A stretch of 63,153 nt of DNA from a virus. Taxonomy: Duplodnaviria; Caudoviricetes. The position numbers were made by a program, and so were the translations under genes. Location: positions 1-63,153 of the IMG/VR virus record IMGVR_UViG_3300037422_000132; one strand, given 5' to 3'. Positions 8,515 through 17,024 of the stretch are shown here, one piece after another. The notes below the pieces were generated by a model. The model was given only the letters and a program-made list of their open reading frames with translations. It was not told the origin of the DNA and did not search any database. How positions within the stretch are numbered: position 1 is the first letter of the stretch; each line of letters starts with the position of its first letter.

Positions 8515-8922
8515 CTATGTGACGCCGTTTGCGGCGCCGTTGGTTGTTGGTAGCAAAACCTTATCGCGTTCGCGTGACGGAATTTCGGTGTGACTATGCC
8601 CGCGTATGGCGTACCAAATCGATTTGTTTTCCAAACGTTGCCGGTCCCACGATTCCTTGCGCAAATCCTCCACGTCCTCCAAGGCTTTGGCGAGAGGCGC
8701 CAGGATAATCTTTTTGTTAAGCTCCACGCAATCGCGCCGGATAGCTCCGCATCCCGTAACGTCCATTTTGGCGGCCATCTTCTCGGTCATGCTCAGGATA
8801 TGGCTATCCAACTTCGTGGCGATTAACTGAGTATCCTTGCGGGTTCCTCGGATTTGCCCGGTTAGAATGGCGAGAAGTACAGAAACTAAAATCCCCAAAA
8901 CTGATTCAAGCGAAATAGTCAA
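8515..8922 (-). CDS. Single-TM coiled-coil protein (holin/antiholin-like), first gene of the lysis block
   Basis: N-terminal TM VLGILVSVLLAILTG; TTG start after GGAG; start uncertain. Confidence 0.55.
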   Translation of the reverse strand: MTISLESVLGILVSVLLAILTGQIRGTRKDTQLIATKLDSHILSMTEKMAAKMDVTGCGAIRRDCVELNKKIILAPLAKALEDVEDLRKESWDRQRLENKSIWYAIRGHSHTEIPSRERDKVLLPTTNGAANGVT

Positions 8923-8952
8923 TGCTCGGCTCCGTTCAGGAATCTGCAAATA

Positions 8953-8981
8953 GGGCGCCTTGGTGCGGTTCCAAGGCGCCC
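8953..8981 (-). terminator. GC-rich hairpin (terminator or attenuator) upstream of the lysis block
   Basis: Perfect 11-bp stem GGGCGCCTTGG/CCAAGGCGCCC followed by TATTT on the minus strand. Confidence 0.6.
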
Positions 8982-9023
8982 GTGCAGAGAGGGGATTCTG
9001 GCGATGGGCGCCATATGTTGGTT

Positions 9024-9052
9024 ATGCTATCACCCTGATCCACCATATGCAA
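9024..9052 (-). promoter_or_regulatory. Putative sigma70 late promoter
   Basis: TTGCAT-17 nt-TAGCAT on the minus strand in intergenic DNA. Confidence 0.5.
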
Positions 9053-9053
9053 G

Positions 9054-9377
9054 CTATTTTTTGGCCTGCATAGAAGCCATTTTGGCAGCCCCGATAGGCT
9101 TTAGAACAATCTTCCCACTTCTCAGGTCTACCTTGACGACTTTCATGGGCCGGTTGTGCGCCACGAGCCTGCCCGGTCGGTCGCCCGGCCACACCAAGCC
9201 GACTCGCCATCCCGGTTTCGGATTCACTCCCGGAGACGCGATATAGATTTCAGGCGGCGGAGGTTTGGCGGGCGCCAGGGGGCGCGTTTCTGTCGCCCCC
9301 CCTGGCTTTGCCTCCGGCCCGTGCTCGTCGGCCTCCCTGAGCGTTTCTGGTTCCACCTGGGTCACGTCTGCGGTCAT
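9054..9377 (-). CDS. Hypothetical protein
   Basis: ATGA overlap with the upstream gene. Confidence 0.55.
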   Translation of the reverse strand: MTADVTQVEPETLREADEHGPEAKPGGATETRPLAPAKPPPPEIYIASPGVNPKPGWRVGLVWPGDRPGRLVAHNRPMKVVKVDLRSGKIVLKPIGAAKMASMQAKK

Positions 9378-10108
9378 TCGATCACCACCCACCCGGCAAG
9401 CTTTTGCACCAAAGCTGCCCGAATTCTCGCCCGCACGTCGCAATCGAATTCGTCCTCGGTCGCCTCGGTCAGCATCGCCAGCACGTTCCCCTTGTGGTCG
9501 CCATCCTTGGGGGGCTTGAACCGAACGAAAAACTTGCTGGGGACGTTCCCCAATTCCGGGAAACAGCGCTTCGGGCTCAATTCGTAGAGGGTTTTGGTTT
9601 CCTTGGTCGAAAACTCGATGCCCTCCTTGACCGTGATCGTCTGACTCACGCCGTTGTCTTTAATTTCCGCGCTATGCTCCACGGAAACGCTAGATGCCAG
9701 CCGGATCAAAGCTTCCATGTCCGGGCCTTGGTGGAAATTGCGCATGAGTCCGATCATAAAATTTTCGAGGGTCATGAATTGCCCGAATTGGAAGTTGAAT
9801 TCGCTCTCGAAGTGGAGCCGCGCCAGCGTGAACCGGCGCCCGTAGGCGTCGATTTGGGTGAACGCCTCGATTTCGTTGGAGTGCTGAATCACGATGAAAG
9901 AGCCTGTCATGCTGAAATTGTCCATCCCGGCGCAATCCAGCAAGTACTGGCAGAACCCCTCCAGGGAACGAAGCAGGACGCCCGTTTTCTCCCCGCGCCC
10001 ATATGGCAGGATGGGGCTAAGGTTTTTGTCCGTGTAGGTGACCCCGTTGATTAACTGAGTCTCCGCTTTCGCCAAATTCAACAAGTACTGCATCGCCTCT
10101 TTGAGCAT
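9374..10108 (-). CDS. Conserved phage protein (YfdQ/DUF2303-like partner of the upstream gene)
   Basis: FQFGQFMTLENFMIGL, DNGVSQTITVKEGI, LSPKRCFPE..SKFFVR motifs. Confidence 0.7.
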   Translation of the reverse strand: MLKEAMQYLLNLAKAETQLINGVTYTDKNLSPILPYGRGEKTGVLLRSLEGFCQYLLDCAGMDNFSMTGSFIVIQHSNEIEAFTQIDAYGRRFTLARLHFESEFNFQFGQFMTLENFMIGLMRNFHQGPDMEALIRLASSVSVEHSAEIKDNGVSQTITVKEGIEFSTKETKTLYELSPKRCFPELGNVPSKFFVRFKPPKDGDHKGNVLAMLTEATEDEFDCDVRARIRAALVQKLAGWVVIE

Positions 10109-10133
10109 GTTTCCCTTTTTGCTGGTTTGTGGT

Positions 10134-10493
10134 TTATTCCTGCCCGGCCGGCATGGACGGGCGGATCGGTGTAACGTTGTCCTCGAATAGCCGTTGCTGC
10201 GGGTCCACGAATTCCCGTGCCACGGGCTTACCGGTGGAGTCGATGCCGATGGATGCCGCCGCGCCCTCCAGGATCAAATTGCCCTTCTCCGGCCGGATTT
10301 TCGGCACGATGTAAACCTCGTCGCGCCGCTTGTTGGGCTTGAATTCCAGGGTGATTTTGATTTTCCTGGTAGACAAGTCATAGTTCGGGTCCAGTAGGTT
10401 TTTTGTGATTTCGGCAATGGTGAGGTTGATCCGCGCCGCCACGGTCCCGCCTTGCATGTTCTCGATCGTCATGTCCTCTTTGCTCGTAATCAT
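10134..10493 (-). CDS. Conserved phage protein (YfdP-like)
   Basis: GGTVAARIN..NLLDPN..RKIKITLEFKP motif. Confidence 0.7.
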   Translation of the reverse strand: MITSKEDMTIENMQGGTVAARINLTIAEITKNLLDPNYDLSTRKIKITLEFKPNKRRDEVYIVPKIRPEKGNLILEGAAASIGIDSTGKPVAREFVDPQQRLFEDNVTPIRPSMPAGQE

Positions 10494-10891
10494 TCCGTTC
10501 CTCCCTGGGGTTGTGGGGTGATGAATACCTGAACGCCTTCCTTCGGCGCAAGCAGAAAAACATGCTCGATGCTAACCACGTTATTCCAGCGATCATCTGC
10601 GACAATCCCGGCCCGCACGAGCCCGTCGAGAACGTACTTGACCGCCGCCGCCACATTGTCCGGGTCGCGGTTCCGGTTGACGCAATGCCAAACCAGCCGC
10701 ACGACGTAGCGCTTGATCGGCTTCCACCCTGAAGGGCGCCACTCTTGGGCGAAAATTTCCACGATTTCGGTGTAACGCTTTTTAAGCTTGTGTCCCGCCA
10801 TCTTGTGAGCTCTAGCTTCCCGCTCGGCTTCATTTCTTCCGGGGAAATGTATGGGAACCCATATCAGCCAAGCGTCATGCAAAACAGCCAT
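10490..10891 (-). CDS. rusA: RusA-like Holliday junction resolvase
   Basis: RDPDNV..KYVLDGLVRAGIVADD catalytic motif. Confidence 0.85.
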   Translation of the reverse strand: MAVLHDAWLIWVPIHFPGRNEAEREARAHKMAGHKLKKRYTEIVEIFAQEWRPSGWKPIKRYVVRLVWHCVNRNRDPDNVAAAVKYVLDGLVRAGIVADDRWNNVVSIEHVFLLAPKEGVQVFITPQPQGGTE

Positions 10892-10893
10892 GC

Positions 10894-11535
10894 CTATTTC
10901 CCCACAATGCCAGCCAATAACCCCCGCACCGATCCAGCGCAATCATCAAGCCGGGTGCGCTCGTAATTACCCTCCCAAACCTGCAAGGCCCTTTGCCGAT
11001 CGCCGATCAAGACGGGCTCGGTTTTGTTATCAAAACCATTCGCCCCGTTTATGCGGTCGTGGGCGCCGTACAAAACCCCGAACGAGTGAATACCGGCGCG
11101 GGCAAACGTGCAGTAGGCTTTAACGAAATCCTTCCGCCAAAATTTGTCTTCTTCCTCGGTCTTCTCGCAAGCCCGCTCCCAGCCACCAAACTGCTGTTGG
11201 ATAACGGCCATCGTGACCGGATCATCAAAAACGACCGACTCATAATGCCCGTAACGGCTTATGGCCGCTACAACCTTAGCGGCCTCGATTATCGCCAAGT
11301 CTTCGAGTTTTTCCGGCGGGCCGATAACCCGTTCCCGGACCTCGGCCGGCGCCGGGAAAAATTTGCTCTCGGAAATAATCGCCGAAAATGCTTTTGAAGC
11401 CTCGTTGAAATCCAAGTCCTCCAGGGTTTTCACATAGAGCACCAACGCGATCGGCGACAACTCACGGTTAAGAAGTTCCGCCGCCCCCTGGATGATGTCC
11501 GTAAGCCTGATTTTCTCGTCCTGGGTCATGCTCAT
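10894..11535 (-). CDS. Replication accessory protein (helicase loader position, DUF6475-like)
   Basis: KFFPAPAEVRE, YESVVFDDPVTMAVI..GGW motifs; directly follows the initiator. Confidence 0.75.
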   Translation of the reverse strand: MSMTQDEKIRLTDIIQGAAELLNRELSPIALVLYVKTLEDLDFNEASKAFSAIISESKFFPAPAEVRERVIGPPEKLEDLAIIEAAKVVAAISRYGHYESVVFDDPVTMAVIQQQFGGWERACEKTEEEDKFWRKDFVKAYCTFARAGIHSFGVLYGAHDRINGANGFDNKTEPVLIGDRQRALQVWEGNYERTRLDDCAGSVRGLLAGIVGK

Positions 11536-12500
11536 ACTTTCCCCTCTTGGATAAGTCGCTTGACGGTATCGGCCGCCGCTATATTGCTTTGGGTCTTTCG
11601 CGGCAACGCTCGGTTGTTATTGTACTGCCCATTGATAATCTTGGCGAAGTTTTTCGGACCCATTACCCACGGGAACGACGCTTTCCAATCCGTCTTACGA
11701 CCGGACAAAAAATCCGATTCGCCGATGTAGCGAAAGAAATCCTCCCACCACTCCAGCGTCCAACGGTCTGGATCCTCAGCCCAACGATTACGCACGTTCG
11801 CGCGCGTCGTTTTATCCAGGAATTTAACCTCGGCAAAAACAGGTAGAATTTCATGCCAACGGCTTACGATTTCCTGGATTGGACAGTTTGGCGCTTTGCC
11901 CTTCCCATTCCATTTACCCGGTTTTGAATCGTCCCCGTCCGAGACGGGTTCACCCGTCGAAGACGAGAGGCCGCTAGGCCTCTCTTTCTTTTCTGGTTCT
12001 GGTAATGGTTCTGGTAATGGTTCTGGTTTCGAATTGACTTCCAGAAGCACTTCAGTAAGTACTTCCGAAAGTCCTTTCGGAAGGTATTTACACTCAGTTA
12101 CAAATTTTTGTAAAATCGATGATTTAGGTAGTTCTTTGAATTTTGAAATTGCAGACTTGATTTGATTGGGGTTGGTGATGGGATTGTGCTTTAAGAGTTT
12201 TTTTACCCAAATAACACACGTTTTTTCATCGTAATCGACAAGGCCATTTTCCACTACGTCAATAAGATCTTGCCGAATACTTTCATGCTCCTTAAATTGG
12301 TCCTTAACTAAGGACTTGGTTAAGTACTTTGGTAAGGTCTTTAAGTCCTCGAAAATATAGCCTATAGGTAAAACAAACAGCCCCATTAAATTACCATGTG
12401 GGCATGTTAATATATAGAGAAATAGGCGCTGTTGCGATTCTGTGAGGTTTTTAAACTTTTCATCGTACCATATCCGGCTCTCTATCTGCTGATACCGCAT
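11532..12500 (-). CDS. Replication initiator (lambda O-like)
   Basis: N-terminal winged helix IWYDEKF..RLFLYILTCPH; C-terminal FLSG..WKASFPWV..NFAKIINGQY; internal repeats. Confidence 0.85.
   Translation of the reverse strand: MRYQQIESRIWYDEKFKNLTESQQRLFLYILTCPHGNLMGLFVLPIGYIFEDLKTLPKYLTKSLVKDQFKEHESIRQDLIDVVENGLVDYDEKTCVIWVKKLLKHNPITNPNQIKSAISKFKELPKSSILQKFVTECKYLPKGLSEVLTEVLLEVNSKPEPLPEPLPEPEKKERPSGLSSSTGEPVSDGDDSKPGKWNGKGKAPNCPIQEIVSRWHEILPVFAEVKFLDKTTRANVRNRWAEDPDRWTLEWWEDFFRYIGESDFLSGRKTDWKASFPWVMGPKNFAKIINGQYNNNRALPRKTQSNIAAADTVKRLIQEGKV
11991..12350. repeat. Iteron-like 12-bp repeats within the initiator gene (putative origin)
   Basis: AAGCACTT/AAGTACTT/AAGTCCTT/AAGGTATT at 12045, 12057, 12069, 12081; AAGGACTT/AAGTACTT/AAGGTCTT at 12310, 12322, 12334; AT-rich between. 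Confidence 0.65.
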
Positions 12501-12729
12501 CCCCTGATCCCCTTTCGCGCTGTCGCCTGTGAGCCTTAATAAGCCGTTTCACGGCAATAATCACTGTAGCCCTGGGGATAATACGCCCGCTTTCCCAATT
12601 CGCTACAGCCCAACGCTCAACGCCAAGCTTGTCGGCAAATTCTCCCTGGGTAAGACCAAGCAAGGCCCTGCTGCTTTGCAGAAACAACCGTGGTGTTTCC
12701 CGGTATTTATTGGTCCCGTCCTTTCGCAT
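12460..12729 (-). CDS. XRE/Cro-type HTH transcriptional regulator
   Basis: RALLGLTQGEFADKLGVERWAVANWESGRIIP. Confidence 0.9.
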   Translation of the reverse strand: MRKDGTNKYRETPRLFLQSSRALLGLTQGEFADKLGVERWAVANWESGRIIPRATVIIAVKRLIKAHRRQRERGSGDAVSADREPDMVR

Positions 12730-12736
12730 AGTGTAG

Positions 12737-12765
12737 AATTTAGCAGACCAAAACCAGATAGTCAA
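12737..12765 (-). promoter_or_regulatory. Leftward sigma70 promoter
   Basis: TTGACT-17 nt-TAAATT, 7 nt upstream of the HTH gene ATG. Confidence 0.7.
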
Positions 12766-12780
12766 GCCCAAAAATATCTA

Positions 12781-12810
12781 TTGACATTCATCGTTAAAAT
12801 ATGCGATAGT
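12781..12810 (+). promoter_or_regulatory. Rightward sigma70 promoter
   Basis: TTGACA-18 nt-GATAGT with extended TGn, at the strand switch. Confidence 0.6.
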
Positions 12811-13266
12811 TACACAAAACAACGGACGCCGGCCGGGTTGCTCTGGATTGGCGAGGAACATTACGCGACTCCCGGTGAATTCCTGGCCGAAGGTGCGCAA
12901 CTCGGATTCTCGCGGCGCATCGCCAAGCTGCCGAACGGTTTTAAAATCGGCGAAACCTGGGTTTTCCTGGCGCACCGCAAAGCCAAGCCCGGCTTGGTCG
13001 AGGGGAAGCTGTTTGACAAAGAGCCGGGCTTTCTGCCTGGGATTTTCCTTGCGATCCGCCCCCAGCGTGTTGAGCGCATCGTATGGCAATCGGAGCATGA
13101 CCATTTCTTCGAAACGCTCAAGCTGCATGGTTCAATGAACGTCATGGGTGAATCGTGGCTCAACCTAATAGACAAATCAGACGAGGTTTTTTGGCGGCTG
13201 AAACGCGACTATGACCGTGGTATCACCCTGGTTGCTGTGCCTGACGGTGACCCTGACCACAAATAG
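12811..13266 (+). pseudogene. Phage hypothetical protein, apparently 5'-truncated or non-canonically started
   Basis: Protein-like AGLLWIGEEHYATPGEFLAEG..FSRRI..GETWVFLAHRK begins right after the promoter without ATG or RBS. Confidence 0.5.
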
Positions 13267-13279
13267 GGCGATAGCGAAC

Positions 13280-13435
13280 ATGCACTACCAGAATGTTGGC
13301 CTTATAGCCTGGGGGATACTGATTGCAATTTTTGCAATCATCGCGCTCGTCAATGGATTGCGCTGCGGATCACGCTTTCTTTGGAAGTGGTTTCAGAAAA
13401 AACTCCGAAGCGAGATCGAACTATGGCGGCAATGA
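13280..13435 (+). CDS. Small membrane protein
   Basis: TM segment LIAWGILIAIFAIIALV followed by a basic tail. Confidence 0.5.
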   Translation: MHYQNVGLIAWGILIAIFAIIALVNGLRCGSRFLWKWFQKKLRSEIELWRQ

Positions 13436-13563
13436 AAACGAGGGAGGTAGGGCGATGAAGACGACCGGAGCGATGGTGGCCACGTCGCCCGGTTATCAGG
13501 TCGCCACGGCCCGGAAGCGGAAAGGACGGGGCTCCGGGCCACGATTTCATAAAGGGGGTGCGA

Positions 13564-14145
13564 ATGGAATTTGATGTAATGAAAATCCCCAACGGCTCAA
13601 GCGGGCCGTGGAAAGTTAGCGAAATAACTCTTACCAAAGAAGATGTATGGCTCGAAAACCTGAGATCCATCTCTCAGCCCGGAGCCCGGATCATTCTTCC
13701 GGGGAAATACAAGCGCCTAACCCGTCACGGCAAAGTGATCCTGTCGAACACGTCGGCCGAAATTTCGGATTTTAGACCTTTCACCCGGAGGGCATACGGC
13801 AGGGTGTTGATAAACGGGCTGGGCCTGGGATGCACGGTCGCCGAACTACTGAACAAGCCCGGCGTGAATTCGGTCGAAGTGGTCGAAATCAGCTACGACG
13901 TGATCCGGTTGGTGGCCGATTTCTTCAAGCCCGATCCGCGTTTCATTCTCCACCATGAGGATGCCTTTAAATTCAAGCCGCCAAGGGGCGCCCGCTTTGA
14001 CTTCATATGGCATGACATATGGGATGATATATGCTCCGACAACCTTCCGCAAATGTCGCGGCTCCATCGGAAATATGGCCGTCGCGTCGAAGTGTGGCAA
14101 GCCTCTTGGTGCCGGGAATTGTGTCGGGCTTATGCAAGACGATGA
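13564..14145 (+). CDS. Class I SAM-dependent methyltransferase (spermidine-synthase-like fold)
   Basis: VLINGLGLG, VEVVEIS, EDAF, FDFIWHDIW motifs. Confidence 0.85.
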   Translation: MEFDVMKIPNGSSGPWKVSEITLTKEDVWLENLRSISQPGARIILPGKYKRLTRHGKVILSNTSAEISDFRPFTRRAYGRVLINGLGLGCTVAELLNKPGVNSVEVVEISYDVIRLVADFFKPDPRFILHHEDAFKFKPPRGARFDFIWHDIWDDICSDNLPQMSRLHRKYGRRVEVWQASWCRELCRAYARR

Positions 14146-14270
14146 TTGGACATACGAAGACGAGCCGCCGCCACGGCCCCGCCATGATTGCCACGATCGC
14201 ATGTGCGGAGCTCTAGACTGTGACCGCTGCTATCCTGGATGGTGGAGACGGCAGACGGAGGAAGAACACG

Positions 14271-14579
14271 ATGAACCGGATAACCTGTTTTTTCATTCTT
14301 GGCGTACTGATTGGCCTGATGCTGTGGACTACGGACCTTTATCCTCAACAATTCAATCCAGGCTTGTATCCGACTTTCGAGGAAACGCCGACGCTGCCGG
14401 GGGTGAGGGGCCGGACCATTATCTTGTTACCGGACGGTGGCCGCTGGGTGATCCCTCCAAAAGCGATGCCTGAAGGGGCTCCGGCACCGTACTATGAACC
14501 GCCGGATGATGATTGCTTCGATGATTGCCACCACAACAAGCGCCGGCATCGCCGGCAGAAAGAGAGACGTTATGACTGA
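14271..14579 (+). CDS. Small exported or membrane-anchored Pro-rich protein
   Basis: GGAGG RBS, hydrophobic N-terminus. Confidence 0.55.
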   Translation: MNRITCFFILGVLIGLMLWTTDLYPQQFNPGLYPTFEETPTLPGVRGRTIILLPDGGRWVIPPKAMPEGAPAPYYEPPDDDCFDDCHHNKRRHRRQKERRYD

Positions 14580-15936
14580 GAAAGAGAAGGAACGGACACT
14601 TTTGGAGCGACTCAAATCCAAACTCGGAGAAGATGAATTGGTCCTGGAAGTTGCCAACGTTGTCAATAAAAGCATCGTGGCGCTGGGGACCGACGAGGCG
14701 TTTGCTCTGCGGGACAATGACGGAGAAATCCGCGCATTTAAGCAGAAGGTACGCTTGACCGCCGCCGAAGGGACATTGATCCAGCCGGTCCCGAATGGCC
14801 CCTATGTAGTTTCGGCGCAAGGATATGAAGTGCTTTCGGAGGCGGCCGGAGCATGCACCATTTTTCCAACCGACGTGCTGGTTGATGGGCAAATACGGCA
14901 AAACCCCTATGTCATGCGCGACACTCAGAACGGGAGGATCCTGAACATCTACGCACGGGCCATTTCCTTCCGGTTTTCGAGCAAGGGGCTGCCGCAAGTT
15001 TGCGATTGGACCACGATCTTTGACACTCCATCCTATCGCATGATCGATCTGTTGGGAAAAGCCAAAAAGACCCCCGGAGCCTTTCGGTTGCTGCCGGCCG
15101 AAATGCCTGCTCCGAAAGCAGGGGGCGCCTCTGAGTCGTGGGCGCGTTATCCATTCGACGAAGCAACGAACCTATGGATAAACACGAGCCACGAGGAAGC
15201 GCTCCAGTGGTACGGGCAAATCCTGAACCGTGAAAAGAAATCCCTGGATTTTGCTCAGACCTTTGCACGGCGCAATTCGCTGAAGCATTTGCTCGGCGTC
15301 CAGAAGGCGCCCGGCCCGGTGTGGGATGTCCCGGTCCTGTGCTGGCGCCCCACGGCTGGCAGCATCGTGAAATGGGATGCCACTCAGTATATCCAGTTGC
15401 AGGGAAAGATGAAGTCGATCATCAAAGGGACCAAGGGCTTCGATAACGAGAGCAAACAGATTGCCATGCAGACGGGCGCCGAAGCCGTTGAACATGGCAC
15501 TATGACGGCGGCCATCGAACACGAAACGGGCATCGATGATCTACAAGGGAAAGATTTGCATGACGTGATTGACATTACCCCCACGGGAAGTGAGCCGCCG
15601 GATGTCGGCGAAGCCGCTCCCGCCGCCGTAGAAAGCAAAACCGACGAGCCGCCCGCCAAGACCACGAAAGCCCCCAGCCGACCCAAAAAACATCCTACGG
15701 TCGCGCCCACGGAACCGCCCCCAGCCGCGCCCCCGGTAGAGGCGCTTATCCGGGAGGCTGAAATTTCCCAGCGTGAACGCTCGGCCATTTCCAAAAGCTT
15801 CCGCATGGCGCGAGAGGGTTTTCCAATAGAGTACCAAACTGCTCTTAAACGGCTGGGCCTGTCGGAGCCGATCCCGCCCGAAAAGGAAATCGTGGTTGTT
15901 GACACGATCAATCGGCTTTTGGACGAGAATGTGTAG
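14572..15936 (+). CDS. Putative single-strand annealing recombinase (RecT/Rad52-like) with disordered C-terminus
   Basis: PYVVSAQGY and FAQTFARRNSLK motifs, DVIDITP linker, recombination-module context. Confidence 0.5.
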   Translation: MTEKEKERTLLERLKSKLGEDELVLEVANVVNKSIVALGTDEAFALRDNDGEIRAFKQKVRLTAAEGTLIQPVPNGPYVVSAQGYEVLSEAAGACTIFPTDVLVDGQIRQNPYVMRDTQNGRILNIYARAISFRFSSKGLPQVCDWTTIFDTPSYRMIDLLGKAKKTPGAFRLLPAEMPAPKAGGASESWARYPFDEATNLWINTSHEEALQWYGQILNREKKSLDFAQTFARRNSLKHLLGVQKAPGPVWDVPVLCWRPTAGSIVKWDATQYIQLQGKMKSIIKGTKGFDNESKQIAMQTGAEAVEHGTMTAAIEHETGIDDLQGKDLHDVIDITPTGSEPPDVGEAAPAAVESKTDEPPAKTTKAPSRPKKHPTVAPTEPPPAAPPVEALIREAEISQRERSAISKSFRMAREGFPIEYQTALKRLGLSEPIPPEKEIVVVDTINRLLDENV

Positions 15937-15942
15937 ACGATC

Positions 15943-15966
15943 GGGCCGGCTGGAAACGGCCGGCCC
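15943..15966 (+). other. GC-rich intergenic hairpin with GAAA tetraloop
   Basis: GGGCCGGCTG-GAAA-CGGCCGGCCC; no U tract. Confidence 0.55.
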
Positions 15967-15980
15967 AACATAGGGGGGAC

Positions 15981-17024
15981 GTGATGAGCCGTATCGTTTC
16001 AGTCATGGCGAAAAATTTTAAGGGCCGGTCGTTTGAGTATGAACTCGAAAACCGGCTTTTGATCCTGGGTCCGAATGGCTCAGGAAAATCGGCAATCGTG
16101 CAAGCAATCCAGCTTGCTATCGACGGGTATGTGCCGGGCATCAACCGCACGAATCCCGTCATCCTGGATACCCTGGGGGGCGTTGGCCCCTCTCTTTACG
16201 TCGAAGTGGCCATCGAACACCCATCAACCGGCGTGATCCGGTTGGGCCGCCATTTCACACGCGAAAAGAATACCGTAAAAGAAGTCTTGATGGTTGATCG
16301 TCGCAAGGTGGACGCACGGGCCTTTAACTTCGCGCTGGCCGCAAGCCAGTGTCCCAAAGCGGTAGCGGTGGACGAACTCCTGTCGATGGCAGATCAAAAA
16401 TTCATGATTTTTTTAGGGTCGAAGGTAGGGGGTGGCCGCTTGCAATCAGCCAGCGCATCCATAGAAAAGGCCAAAGACGAAGTGAACCGAATCCAACGCC
16501 AGCTTGTAGAAACAAACAATTTTATCGCCAAGGCCAGCGACAACGTGGCCCGGCTGAATTTGCCGCCCGGCTCACTGACCGATATTCAGGCCGAAATCAA
16601 GCAACGCGAAAAAGAACTGTATGAGGCTAACGAGGCCCTGGCGAAGTTCAAAGAAGAAGAACGCGAACGCCAAAGGTTAGAGCGCGAAGCATTGGAAAAA
16701 AAGAAAAAAGAACTGGATAAGGCTAACGAAGCCCTGGCGAAAACAAAACTGGAAGCCACGCCAGCCCCGTCAGTTGAATCGCGCACGTCTATAGGGGTAA
16801 CAGCTCCGGTCCTGGCCCCCGATTTATCTCCTGGCCAAGCCCTGCTAAGTGCGGCGCGGAAGGAAGTCCAGAAATTCGACGAGGACGATGCCCTGCGGGC
16901 CGCCGCCGGCCGGAGCATCCGCAAAATTATCGATGCAATCAACGAGGTCGCTTGCCCTACCTGCCACGGTGGCGGCGCTTTGATGGTGGCGAAGGGCGAA
17001 CTGCGCAAATGGGAGGGACGATGA
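15981..17024 (+). CDS. Rad50/SbcC-like ATPase, N-terminal half
   Basis: KNFKG, Walker A GPNGSGKS, coiled coil, terminal CPTC. Confidence 0.85.
   Translation: MMSRIVSVMAKNFKGRSFEYELENRLLILGPNGSGKSAIVQAIQLAIDGYVPGINRTNPVILDTLGGVGPSLYVEVAIEHPSTGVIRLGRHFTREKNTVKEVLMVDRRKVDARAFNFALAASQCPKAVAVDELLSMADQKFMIFLGSKVGGGRLQSASASIEKAKDEVNRIQRQLVETNNFIAKASDNVARLNLPPGSLTDIQAEIKQREKELYEANEALAKFKEEERERQRLEREALEKKKKELDKANEALAKTKLEATPAPSVESRTSIGVTAPVLAPDLSPGQALLSAARKEVQKFDEDDALRAAAGRSIRKIIDAINEVACPTCHGGGALMVAKGELRKWEGR

Noticed and set aside
12529-12810. N-terminal part of the 245-aa ORF in the track
   Set aside because: Overlaps the HTH gene antisense and both promoters; unlikely to be translated
14132-14473. 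Cys-rich ORF MQDDDWTYEDEPPP..CHDRMCGALDCDRC
   Set aside because: The first ~45 codons could be a real small gene, but there is no clear RBS and the frame overlaps the better-supported 14271..14579 ORF
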